From contig NW_021832232.1 in NCBI RefSeq assembly GCF_006345805.1, positions 31,001-64,000 of the forward strand: a DNA stretch of 33,000 nucleotides, written 5' to 3'. Both the position numbers and the translations under genes were made by a program. Shown here piece by piece: positions 11,561 to 24,783 of this stretch (the first letter of the stretch is position 1; every line of letters begins with the position of its first letter). Origin of the DNA: Octopus sinensis (Eukaryota). Under the pieces are notes generated by a model, which saw nothing but the letters and a program-made list of their open reading frames with translations, did no database searches and was not told where the DNA came from.

Positions 11561-12467
11561 CGTGGTTTTTTTTGGTTTTAGAACGAAATTATCCTTATCT
11601 CCCATGTACATCTTTTTTATTTAGGCGCACGCTAGTGTACTGTTCTCTTATTTTTCACAAAATCTACATATAGCAAATTAACATAAGTTTTTCAAATTTT
11701 ATCATCTTTTACGTAGGAGTAGGTCATGTAGAGATATAAGGTCCTTCGCCGATTTAAGGTCTTCGAGAGAGTTTCCTTGTTGGATTAAGATCTGAGAGTG
11801 ATCATGTTTTGATCCAACTTATGAGAGGTTTTTGATCGCTAGATGAACCGTCCTAGGTATTTCTGGAGATTTTAGTCGACAAATTTTGAGTACACAAATT
11901 GAAACTTGATGGGAAGAAATCTTTTTACTGAAGTGTTGCATTACAACTCCGGCAAAAATTTAAATAGTCTGTCAAAGTAATTTCGAATGATCGTCATTTT
12001 AGAATCTATATAGATGACAACCAGAAAATTAGTACTAAATAGAATGACCCTAGCCAAACCTGTATCTCAGAATAGTGAATTTTATTGGCGAACAGAATCG
12101 CTGAATTAAAGAGAGATGTTCTGGATTCTTGCGTACCTACATTCTTCGACGTAGTTCTGGTTAAAGTGATAAATGCGGATTTTAAAAAAGGAAGGACCCC
12201 GGTAGGCGAAATGTCGTGTATTTCTAAATTATGTTCAATCCACTAGAAAGCATCTTTTCACCAATTACATATCGTCTTAATAATTTATCATACGGCAATT
12301 TCTACAAGCACAATCAATTTGAGTACCAGACTTATGATAAAATGAAAAAATAAAATAAATCAATTAAACGTTAAAATAACATAAAAAGATAATTATAGTT
12401 TTTCCAACATGAACAATTTTCAATTTATCTGTATAATGAAAATATTTAACCATAATTAAAAATTAAT

Positions 12468-13936
12468 TTATAATCCTTCTTGTACACATATGCTTTCTAC
12501 AAAATTAGTCTAAAAAGTATGAAAAATATTCTAAAAATACTTCTGCAATACATTCTTTTAAATCAAATATAAAATTTTTCAGATCTAAATTTGACCCTGT
12601 GCTTATTTGAAGAACCACCATGTTATCATACTCCCGAATTAGATTTGTCCTAAGTTTGTTTACTAGAAGTTTAATTAAAAAAATACTTTCTAGTGAGACA
12701 GCGACAACTTTTAATCCAAATAAATGAATGTGCTTTTTAGCTTTCATTGTTCTACCGCGGAGACCAGAACTAGAAATTTTAACAACCTATAATTTTTATA
12801 ATAATAAAAACAAGTATTGTGTCGTTAAACAAAAATATTGATCTTTGTTTAGGAATCTTTTTAGTCATGTTTACGATAACTTCAAATTCACAATAACTCA
12901 CAAATTTTCTGTGTGGAGCAACTAGGTTCTAGCAAGAAATTAAGTGTTTTTTACAGGAGTTATTTTAGCTAAAATTCCACAAATGTTATGACTGTTCTCT
13001 CTGTTGTCAATAAAAATTAGCGGAAATTTTATATGATTAATAGATTCAAATATTTCCTTGTTAAAAATATTAGGCTTCATATTAAAATTTGAATAAAAAA
13101 GATTTTTGACGTTTTTACCATGTTGGTAATTTGAATTTAACCAAATTATTGCTTTTACTATGTCTGAAATATTTTTTTGATAAAAATGAATAAATGATTC
13201 GTTTGCACGAATATAATAATCACAAAAAACCTAAAATAACATGACAAAATAAAACCGGAATGATTCGTTCGGCCAACTCGGAATCGTACCCCTTTAACTT
13301 TATTAATTATTTCTACTTTAATATTAATATATGTGAGTAGATTTTTCAATGCAGATTCGATTTTCAATCCTGATAATTCTAATTGTTTTATGAAACAGCT
13401 ATAAACATGATTAAAAATATCGAAATAAAAACTTGAGAACTTCATTTGTTTGCATGTCTTTTTTTTCTGCGAAATATTCTGTTATTTTTGTTGAACACAA
13501 TAAAGATGGTTTTATCAATAAAAATTCAGCAACTTTCATTGGATTGTTGTCAATTATTTTATGATTAATCAAATAATTTATTCCTTTATGTGGACATCTA
13601 AAAAATAATTCACTAATTACATTGCCTGTTAAATAAATTTGTTCCAATACGAGTATGCCATTTCTTAGTTTTTCCATACATGACATTATCATTAAACATT
13701 GATTTCTCATTAATCCTTTTTATATGCGGGTCCTCAGCAATAGTATATTGATCACTTCCAAACGCACTATCCTCTTCTGATGTTTCAATATTGACGTATT
13801 TGTTCTTTTCTGAACGATCATTGAGAATTTGTTTTAATTCGTTTCTCTCATAATTTATTAGATGTGCAAAATCGCTTAAATTATTTTTTAAATAGATGTA
13901 CTTTGTTTGATAAGTTCTGGGGTTTAAATCGTCCAT
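12468..13936 (-). CDS. IQSEC: IQSEC/BRAG-family Arf GEF (Sec7 + PH); 5' end uncertain
   Basis: Reads RIGTNLFNR|CPHKGINYLI..PMKVAEFLL, then KAIIWLNS, APHRKFVSYC, RSIFLFNDTIL|VVK and FDLKECIAE|. These follow the BRAG order of motifs and intron sites. One intron is GC-AG (13598-13625). Stop TAA at 12468-12470. Confidence 0.85.
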
Positions 13937-15265
13937 AAACTGTAACTTTTATCTTTTAGTTCCAAATTAAAATCTTGGTATTTAAAACCGACCGAAATTG
14001 CTAAAACTTTTTACGAATATGGCTCAATGCATTTAAATAATAGTTTCCTTCAAGACAATCGATTGGTAATTAAATTATTGTCGAGCAATTAATTGTTAGT
14101 AAGCTCAATTTAACCACATTCTACTTCATTGAAGGTACAAATAAAACCCGTTAAATGTCAAAACTGAAATTACTCTGATTTAGAACAAAGTATTGATAAC
14201 TTTCGCTATTGAATAATATGTCTAATATAGACAGGGAATAATAAAGAATAATTAATTATTCGATTGTCAGACATATGATTGATAGATTTACAGTGATCTG
14301 AAGCTAATTTGGGAAAATGCTTATAATAAAAAATATTTATAAAATACACATATATTTGGTAACCATAACAAAAATAAAAACAAAATTTTATTATGGAAGC
14401 TAATTTCTTGATTATATATGTTTAAATGAATTGTTCTTAGTATAAAAGGCAAACAACAGACTATTGTGATGCTTTAATACCTATAATTTACTTAAAATTT
14501 ATTATAACCACGCATAATAACAGGAAATGTATTTGTAATACTGATAAGGAAATTGTTATACCATGCTGCGAGTTGAAACAATTAAATGAAATAGTTCAAG
14601 ACTCAGTTTCAATGTAGCTTTAAACTTAATAGTTTTTACTGATTTTAGGTACTTAATTACATAGATATAATTCAAGGATATAAGGATTTGAATATATTTA
14701 AGAAATTTGTGTGACTATAAGAATCTTTAATATCTTAATCAAGTGAATTTAACTAAATTGGGAAAATACTTTTCAAACGTGCAGAAAAAATTAAATAAAA
14801 AACACACAAGAGTGTAAAAAATAAAGCGTCTTGAAACGTTTAATGTTCAAAAACTCGTTTAACAAAACTTCATTAAACAAAATGTGAATAATGTGCGATA
14901 ATCAGGGGTAATGTTCAGGCTATAGAATATTACATAATGAATTTTAAATTATGGAATAAATAACTAAATGCTCAAATTATCCAAAAAATTTGAGAAATTT
15001 ATGAAACTAAAGCAAAATTTGTTTACATCATTAATCCGACTAAAATAAGAAAAAAATATACTCAAGAGACCAAAAATTAATTCTCGATTCAAATCACCAA
15101 TCAATATTTAAACAATAGAAAGTGTCCATTTTGTCAATTCTTGATTTAATTAGTTTTTATTATTCATTTAGAATCAAAAAATGATTAATGTCTTATTATT
15201 TAAACCAAATAAAAAGATAAAACCAGACCACATATATTAAATGATGACACCTCAATTATAATGAA

Positions 15266-15618
15266 TTAGTTTTTAATGTTATTTTGAAGAAATGTGTCAA
15301 GTTGGTAATTTTCTAGCGCTTCAAAAAAGTCATCATAATTCTAAGAGCGTTATGTTTTATGTGAACCCCAAGATATTGAGATTCTCTGAATATTTGAGGT
15401 GTCAAACTATCTTTGTGTTTTTTAAGGACAATCTTTCTAATCTGATCTTTTATTTCATTGTTAGATATGTCTGAGATATCGATCAAATTAAAAGGAATTT
15501 TTAGTGATTCACATATACTAATGACATGGCGCTGGTTAGATTTAACCTAGAGTTGATTATAAGAATTTTATACTTTTAAATTTGGCGATTGAGTTGAGAT
15601 ATAAATTCTCACAGTCAT
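15266..15618 (-). CDS. SH3BGRL: SH3BGR-like thioredoxin-fold protein (not in the ORF track)
   Basis: MTVRIYISTQSPNLK|VKSNQRHV..IDIS..TPQIFRESQYLG|NYDDFFEALEN. Introns 15547-15573 and 15341-15366. Confidence 0.9.
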
Positions 15619-15734
15619 GAAGTTTTTTGTATCTATTCTGAGATTAAATGAAAATTAATTTAAATTATAAAAATAACAATCATATTTAGATAAATAATTA
15701 ATTAATATATATTTTTTATTGTAAAATTCAGGAC

Positions 15735-16800
15735 TGTCAACTACATCTTATTTACTGTCCCTGAAACAATTTATTACAAAAAAGTTGGAAAGGAAACCAA
15801 AACAAGAAAAAACGAGTGTATGCTCAATTGATATTCACAAGGCTTTTGACACGGTCTCCCGAAAAATTCTTACGCAAAAAATTTACTCGTTGAATATGGA
15901 ACCAAATTTAAAACTATGGTTCGCCAATTTTCTGAATGGACTTTGGGGTAGAGTCTTCAATAGCAATCGAAGATCTGCATCGAGGCTACTACCGAATGGA
16001 GTGCCACAAGATTCCCCCATATCCCCCGTATTATTCAACCTAATGTTGAACGATATGCCTCTTCCTGAAAACAAGAATGACATTCTACTATCATATGCGG
16101 ATGATATAATCGTTGCATCGAGGGATATATGTGTCAGCGAAGCTACAAGAAGATTACATAAAAATATAAATAACCTGTGTATATGGCTTAATGACAATCT
16201 GTTGAAAGCAAGCCCGGAAAAATCTGAGTTAACCTTTTTCACGACTAACAAAAGACTGGGGAATTTGTCGATAAATGTGACCATGGAAGGGAAATCAATT
16301 CCTCAAAATAAAACTCTAAAGATACTAGGGATCACCTTTGACACCTTTCTAACCTTTACTCCCCATACGGAAAACGTGTTGACGAAATGCAATAAAAAAC
16401 TAAACTTTATAAGCATTTCTTAGAAACTTGGAAGATGCCAAAAGAACTTACGGATTAGAGTCTCTGTATACTCAATAAATTAAACAGACAATTGGTTACG
16501 GATATACAGTATGGGGAAGCAATCTAGCATATACAAATGTCAAAAAAATTGACAATATTCAAATGGAGATTGTAAACCTCCTAGCGAATGTCACGGGGAA
16601 CAAAATTTAACCAAAGGGACTAGAAGAAATGTGAAAGAAAACGGTGGAAACCTCAGGAAAAAAGTCCATGTTCGGGATCCCCGATATCTTAGACAATGCG
16701 CTGTAGAACACATAAAAAAGACGCGAAGGTTTCTAAAAGAGGCTGGGATCACCTGAAATAGTTAATTATGGTTATGACGGTGTTTTTGGTCCTAATAAAT
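15735..16800 (+). mobile_element. 5'-truncated Jockey/I-like LINE, reverse transcriptase region
   Basis: IDIHKAFDTV, GVPQDSPISPVLFN, YADD and KILGITFD motifs. The frame is disrupted after 16423, and a short 3' UTR ends in AATAAATAAA. Confidence 0.9.
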
Positions 16801-17216
16801 AAATTAAATTATTTTGATTGCTGCTCATTTATAAAAATAAAATGAACTATTCAATTATTAAGTACTGAGCTTTTGGAGTGAACAAAGATCGCATACTCAG
16901 CAACCTCTAATGGTCGCTTACTGCGGCTACTTAGCCATTTCATGTCAATATGATGGAAATTGTAGTGAACTGTGGTGATTATCTTTACTTAACTTGTTTT
17001 AAATTTTCTAGGGATGTGACTCTCATTTCTATAAATATTGTTTCCATTTTTAAATCAAAAAATTGCCGGGTTTATTGTTTTTTACTTGAATTTTAATTTC
17101 CAAAGTTGTGTCTACTCTTATGTTCAGGATAACAATTTGCCACAATTTTGTAAATAAAAAACTTTCAAATGAATTGAAAATATGGAATTAGATCAAATAT
17201 GTTTACTTTTCAAATT

Positions 17217-17608
17217 TTTTTTCCCTTATTTGGGATTCTACCTGTTCGGACACGTTCTCGCTGGGAAATCTCGCTCTGTCCGCCGCCAATCCTGGGCACG
17301 CTTCGAGGCAGGCCGAGGAGCGAAAGATTCTCAAGTACGGCCACCTCTCCAACTCGCTGTTCTTTACTCCAATTGCCGTGGAGTCCTCCGGGATCTTCGG
17401 CCCCAAGACACTCCGCTTCCTTCGCTCGCTCGGTCGACGGATTTCAAGGACTAGTCACGATCCAAGAGAGTTTTCTTGGCTCCTGGAACGTCTGTCGATT
17501 GCTGTGATCCGAGGGAACGGCTTTGCCATTCGCGAGGCTGGCCGGGTGTCTCGTGAGGCCTTTAATTAACTTAGCTATCTTTAATTTCTTTCTTGTTTAA
17601 AAAAAAAA
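17217..17608 (+). mobile_element. CRE-clade retrotransposon copy C
   Basis: LIWDSTCSDTF..ERKILKY..FTPIAVESSG..WLLERLSIAVIRGN*, with poly(A) at 17599-17609. TSD (a)cttttcaaatt at 17205-17216 and 17609-17620. Confidence 0.92.
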
Positions 17609-18280
17609 ACTTTTCAAATTATAAAACGTTACTTGAAAACTTTAATTGCCTAAAAAGATAAAATGACTGTAACAATATATATTAGAAAGTAAAACTAACG
17701 ATCATACTAAATTCTTTAATAAACAAAAACTGAATATTGGATAAACATATTTCGATTAAAGGTTTAAAATACTTCTTTTGGAGTTAGCTTAAAATAAAAG
17801 AAATGAAAAAGAGCGGGGATTTTGACATTCTAAAGTGATAGCATAATAGAAAAATTACTTCACTTGCAATAAGTGGGTCACGTCCCTATTTGGAACTACT
17901 GGGCCAGAGACCTTATCCTCACTATTGTATAATTTGCCCAAAGGGCGATGGCTAAAAAACAAAGATTAAAAGAAAAATTGTTGAATAAGTTTTTTTCTCT
18001 GTAAATCTTGTTTACAGTGTGCTAGGTAATTGAGAGTTAAATGTAACTTTATAATTAGTAAATTGATTCATTAATCTAAAGTTTACTTCAATTCTAGAAT
18101 AACATTTTATTGATATATTCTAGGAGTTAGAATCTGTCGTAGCACAGAGTTTCATGAAATTTTACTTGTTGCAAAAATTTTAACAAATAATAATTCTCTA
18201 TAAATTATAAATTTTTTTCGAATCACGGAAAATATTTCGATGAAAAATTATCAGCTTAAATATTTAGTTGCTATGAGATA

Positions 18281-19011
18281 ATGTTTAATTTAGATAACAG
18301 TATAAAAATTATCATTTTTCTAGTTTTTAACACAAATGACAACAAAAATGTAGCTTTCGGTTCTGGGCACAAAAGATTGATTTATCCATGCGATCCAGTC
18401 TACGACCGTCTGGGAAATTCAGTCAGGAGAGCTCACTTACCCCACATAGGTCCTGGAACCTACGATATTGATAAAGTATACAAATGTCAAAATTAAGACA
18501 ATTAGGTAACTTCAATAAAATACAAGAGTGAGAATATGATTTTAAGTCGAAATGGATATTCTTTTGGCTGCAGAACATCAAAACGTTTTGAAGATAATGT
18601 GGTCAGTTTATAAAAACAAAATTGAAAGAATGAGGATTCGATTCATCCTGGACAATATCAAAATTCTCCCATTTCCAGCAAAGTCAAACCTGCCTATAAA
18701 CCTTTTAATTCTGGTACTCAAGAGAGAAAAATTACTTCAAAGTTATTAATTAAAAACTATTAAAATCAAGAATCACTCAAGGGCCATCTCCTACATCCTA
18801 CAATCTGGATACCAAACAAAATCGAAAAGTAATATGGCAACAAACATTTGGAAGCAAACCAAAAAATCTTCCATATGCAACAAAAATAAGTTCCATTCCG
18901 CCTCACACATTTATGGTTTATAGTTTATATGTTTATGTCTTCTAGCTGGATACAACCAAGCAGCATAAAAGATTCTTGAACAAACGAGCGTATTTACAAC
19001 TTTATTGGTAG
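18281..19011 (+). CDS. PIFO: Pitchfork / ciliary microtubule-associated protein (PGPG-repeat family)
   Basis: VAFGS..DRLGN..GPGTY, SRNGYSFGCRTSKRF, PGQYQ..KPFNSG and C-terminal KRAYLQLYW*. Introns 18300-18323, 18476-18505, 18602-18628, 18742-18770, 18916-18945. Confidence 0.75.
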
Positions 19012-19649
19012 ATTTCATCGAGTTAATACTAAAAATGAATAGTCTCTAATATAGCAAGTACTAATTTTACATTTTGACGTTCGTTATAAAAGATAGAGGG
19101 TCCAGTTTAACTTGTTGAATAATCATTTATTGTCACATTAGTGGTCATAACATTATTTTTTGTTAAAATTGACTTTAACCTAAAATCATAAAAAATTCAA
19201 AGAAGTAAATCAAAAATCAGGCTTCCGTGAACTTTTTAAAAGTTGAAAATATCATACTTATATGTGACTGAGCACACTAAACACAGTGATTAAATAAGCT
19301 TCACCAACTATTCGAATTCATGTCAACTAGTTTTATTGCAGACATTCAAATCGACTAAAAATTCAGGATTGCAAATTGTATCTGATGTCTCCAAAGTGAC
19401 TATTTTTGAAAATGACTTCTGAACCCAAAAATGAGAAAAGCTTAATTTTTTAACTTCACTTATTCATTTTCTGGATCACGTGGACATTAATAAGAGTTCC
19501 AAAATGCGACAATTATTCCCAAATTTAAAATGATATTCACTTTTCCAAAAACGTTTAATTTCGATAAATTAAAATTATAACAAAAATGAATTTATTTTTA
19601 ATAAATAATTAAACTATCGGTAATTAACATACACGCTGTTTTATAAGTC

Positions 19650-20644
<995 letters not shown>

Positions 20645-20909
20645 TTTGTTTTTTTATCTTTACCTTCGTTTTGTCATACTAGATTTTGATTTTAACTTCT
20701 TGTGCATTTCAGATATCTAAGATTTTTTGTTCAAAATCAAAATTTGTGTTTATATAAATTGACAAATAAATTAAATTTTCCACTTTAAAGTCTTAAAAGA
20801 TTAATATTGTCAATATGTCGCGAACGCTAAGAGTGATTTATCAATGTAATCATCGTCAAAAGTATAAATAATCTATTACATCAAAGTTAACTAAGGTCAA
20901 TTATTGATA

Positions 20910-21269
20910 TTTGAACCTGCTGATGTCGGCCTCCGCTCCTGGATCTATTGTCACAACCGCGGAATGCAAAAAGATGCGGAAGTACTCCTCACTTACGGAG
21001 AAGTTCCAATTCCTTCCATTCGCGGTTGAGACTTCCGGTTCCTTGGGCAGTAAGGCAATCAGCTTCGTTCAGGAGATCGGATCCCGCATGTCTGCCATCA
21101 CAGGCGACGCCCGCGAATCGAGATGGTTTTTCGAGCGGATATCCCTTGCGATAGTACGCTCTAATTCTTTCTCGATCGCGTCGGCTTCCCGCACTTGAAG
21201 CTTTTAATTAATTAACTTGTAGTTATTGGTTGGTTTTCAAAAAAAAGAAAAAAAAAAAAAAAAAAAAAA
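20910..21269 (+). mobile_element. CRE-clade retrotransposon copy D
   Basis: KMRKY..FLPFAVETSGSLG..WFFERISLAIVRSN, with an ~30-nt poly(A) at 21239-21271. TSD aattattgata at 20899-20909 and 21270-21280. Confidence 0.93.
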
Positions 21270-22049
21270 AATTATTGATAATTAAGAAATGATAATTAAC
21301 CATTAAAAGTCGTCTTGAATGAATTTTCTTAATAGACCCAGCACTATCTTTGATTAAATTGTTAAACAGTTTCTTGACAATAGTTACTGGATCCCCATAC
21401 GGATGTTCAAATTTTTTTAATCAAAGAGAAGGATTCGTCCCATATTCTTTTTGTATACGAACATTTAAGTAATTAAAAATAGAATACAATATTTCCAACA
21501 TCTAACTCAATTTTAATCGATGGACTCCCATCATCCTAATAAATTACAAAACAAAGCTTGCATTTAACCTTTTCCCATTAATTGGATGTTCAGAATTGAA
21601 TTAATTTCGGCAACTTGACTCAGTTAGTCGATAAAATTATCATAATCGTGAATTATATTGGACATAGGTCTCGACGTCTTTTTATGTTTTGCTCTATTTT
21701 CAACTATAAAGCAACGGCAACACAGTTTAACAACCTAAAAATTACTCAAGTCATTTTCTATAAGAAAATTATCACAGGCTGGTTGATTGAAGTTCAAATA
21801 GATTGTATTGTGATCAATTTTAGATTTGAAGATAATTTATTCTTTTCTGACTTTTATTCTATTGACTTACAGTACTTTCTGATGTTTATACTGCAGGAAA
21901 GTGTCAAATTTAGGCATCATGACATCCCAGAAACATATTCTCGCCATCAGGGACAACTCTGTATATGCGAGGAATAATGAGTGTCTAACTACCGACGCTC
22001 TATTTCAAAAAAAATTAAAAAATTTGTGTTGAAGAGACTTGTTTGAATA

Positions 22050-22770
22050 AGTTGATACTTTGTGTAATATTTTAGTCTTGACATTACCAGTAATATGGCT
22101 GTCTACCAAATCAGATCTATCATATTTAAACTCTTTAATGTTAAAAGCGATTTCACTATGTGTCCATTGAAAAAAACAGGAAGCCTGTTGACCATCTACT
22201 TACGCAGTGTTGTAGGATGCTGAGCAGCGATTTTCTCCGAAGTGGTAAAGTGTATTCATTTCATTTTTATTGAATGTATGATATCAAAAGAAGCAGGAAA
22301 TCGGAAGGACATTTTATTGTGTCAATAATGTCGACCCAAAATGTCAAAATCAGTGCTGACATGTCAATTATGATTGAAACGAGAGTCCAATTCAATAAAC
22401 TCGACATTTTTGTTTACGACAAAACAAAAAATTAATTTAATCGAAGTGGGCATTATCTCATGAGACCACTTAAAGCAAGTTGAAGTGGAGAAATTTCACA
22501 AATACAATCTGCTTGCAAACAAACTGTCGGTTCTTTATAAACCAAAAATAAAGATTATCCCGGTAGTCGTAACATGAGATGGAGTTGTCTTAAAGTTCTT
22601 TAAAAGTCATATCGATAAGTTATCCGTTGAAGACAGAACAAAGACATACATACAGTCGGTTGTGCTAAAGTAGATGGTGGAAAGTATGATCATTGAATAT
22701 AGACATGGAATGAAGGTGTCAACTTGTGGAGCTGGCATACAGAGAAGATACTCAGTTAGACAAAAACTTT
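22050..22770 (+). mobile_element. R4/Dong-like RLE non-LTR retrotransposon 3' fragment (stops and frameshifts)
   Basis: A zinc-knuckle remnant (VDHLLTQC) is followed by NKLDIFVYDK..LIEVGI..EKFHKYNLLANKL..IIPVVVT*DGVV..YIQSVVLK. The D..E..K restriction-like nuclease order is kept. Confidence 0.8.
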
Positions 22771-22869
22771 GACAGAAAAATAGAAAAAGAATGAAAGTTT
22801 GTATCAAACTCTTCTTCCAAGCAAAGAAAGGAGATCACTGAAAATCTGAACTATTAATTATTATTATTT

Positions 22870-23330
22870 AACCCCGGGAACACAGGAAAGAGGAATGGTA
22901 ATCGTCTAATTAAGTGATCCCGGTGTCAGTGCGTCTCCTGTTATCTCTTCTTTGTCTCGAGTTCTTAATCCATGTCCAAAAGGGGGATGGTTTTTTTTCA
23001 AATTTCCTAGCACACTTCTCATAGGCAAGATACTCCTCTTCAAGGGGACCTCCTTTAGATCTTGCCATCGTTAAGAAGATGTGCTGTCTTTCTGTAAGGT
23101 GGTCCATTATTTTTTTGGCCCATAGTTTTCTTTAGCTTGTTTCTTTTAATTATAAGGGCCCTCGTTTCGATGTCGAATTTATCTAAAGACTTGAATCTCC
23201 CCACAGGAATAAACTTCTTTCGGGCTTGCAAAATCTTTTCATTAATATATTGCACAGCCGCATCTATCGAGGAAAAGTTCTCTACCTGGAAAGATATTAA
23301 CGAGTCTTCAATAAAATACGTATACCCAAT
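22870..23330 (-). mobile_element. APE-type LINE fragment (endonuclease-RT linker)
   Basis: FSSIDAAVQYINEKILQARKKFIP..ETRALIIKRNKLKK is homologous to FKSIDGAVKCLNELILLGRK..ETKILIRKRNFLKK in the element at 31135-32134. Confidence 0.6.
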
Positions 23331-23439
23331 TGAACTTTTCTCTCTTTTGTTGTCAACATGTTTTATTTTGTTTCTTAAAAAATATAGATGTTTTTTATTA
23401 GCGTAATTGCTTTTTAAAAAAAATTTCAAATGCATGTGT

Positions 23440-23963
23440 GAAAAAGCCCGGATGAACGATTCCAAGCAGACCTTATAGACATTAAAAAATTTAACGATTC
23501 AAATGATAGGTACAAATGGATATTTACAGTCATTGATGTTTACAGTAAGTATGCCATCTGTAAAGAAGTTAAAAATAAATCTGCAATAGGTATATTTAAA
23601 TTTGATATTGGAATTTAGATATTTGTGAAGCATTTGAAGAAATTTGTTTTGAAATCGGCTTTTGTGAGATTCTACAAACAGATAATGGAAGGGAGTTTAA
23701 GAATAATTATCTAGATTCTTTCTGCCTTAAAAACAAAATTAAACATATTTATGGAAGACTAAATCATCCTCAATCACATGTAATGATACAATATTTATCT
23801 GTTTCAGGGTATCGTGGAAAGGTTTAATCAAACTTTGACACGAAATCTTTCAAAGCTGATGAGTGAAGAATCAACTAAAAATTGGATCCAATTTTTATAT
23901 GACACAACTATTCATTCTTCTATAAACGAAACATCATTTAAAAAACTATACATTTTATTTTAA
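23440..23963 (+). mobile_element. Ginger2/TDD-like (SCAND3/KRBA2-type) DDE integrase core with two mini-introns
   Basis: PDERFQADLID..WIFTVIDVYSKY..KNKSAI|D..ILQTDNGREFKN..HPQSH|GIVERFNQTL. GT-AG introns at 23590-23618 and 23780-23807 restore the frame. Confidence 0.85.
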
Positions 23964-24198
23964 TATATCGAACTTCGAAAAAACCTGTAATTAAAAAATT
24001 AATGATAAGGGAATCCACATATTGCATAATGAATATCGCAAAAGGGGTCGATAAAAATTTTAATTTGGTGCATGACAACGTCTGAAAATTTTTTGGTTAA
24101 TTTCGAAATCAAAGTAAAATTTAAAATGGACAATTTTTATTCAATTTAAACAAAATTATTTATTTAATATCATTTTTGAATATATCGTTTTTCGGACA

Positions 24199-24783
24199 AT
24201 GTGTGACAATTACGAATTCAGGAAAATTCGAGAACGTGATCCACAAAAAAGCTATCCATTAACTATTTTATATTGTGGAGGTAGACTTAATAAATATTTT
24301 ATTTTCATAGAATGTGGATTACCACCGGAAGTAATTTAGTTGCTTTTAAATAGTAGTATTGCGAATATGGCAAAACATTTGATAAGTGCACCCTCTGGTT
24401 TGAAAAATACTCAAAAGAAATTTCACAAATCGAAGAAAAGCCCGAAAACCTCACACCAAAAAAAGTTGAAGAAACAGACGTCTCCAATCTTCCCCAAATA
24501 ACCATTTCTGTTTCTCCAAAAGGACAAGGTTTCATTACCGCAATTCGTGGACTGAGAGAATATGGTTAATATTAAATTATCTAAAAAAGATATTGATCTT
24601 CGGGCGGCTAAAAAATATTTGTCCAATAAATTATCTTCTGCTGCTACTTTTACTGGATTAGATTTGATACTTCAGGGGGACTTGGCTGAGAAAGCAAAAG
24701 AAACAATCGCTGCTAAATGGACTCGGGTTTAATTGATATTTTTACAATTTAAGATTCATATCGATAAAATCTTGATCGTCTAG
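24199..24783 (+). CDS. DENR: Density-regulated protein (translation reinitiation factor, SUI1-like)
   Basis: YPLTILYCG|ECGLPPE|YCEY..C..W zinc site, then IRGL..|DIDL..LILQGD..KW. Introns 24281-24310, 24331-24356, 24565-24589, 24727-24753. Confidence 0.92.

Noticed and set aside
21290-21990. Coding-like minus-strand fragments (FEHPYGDPVTIVKKLF)
   Set aside because: Interrupted by stops, and neither a gene nor a TE family could be assigned.
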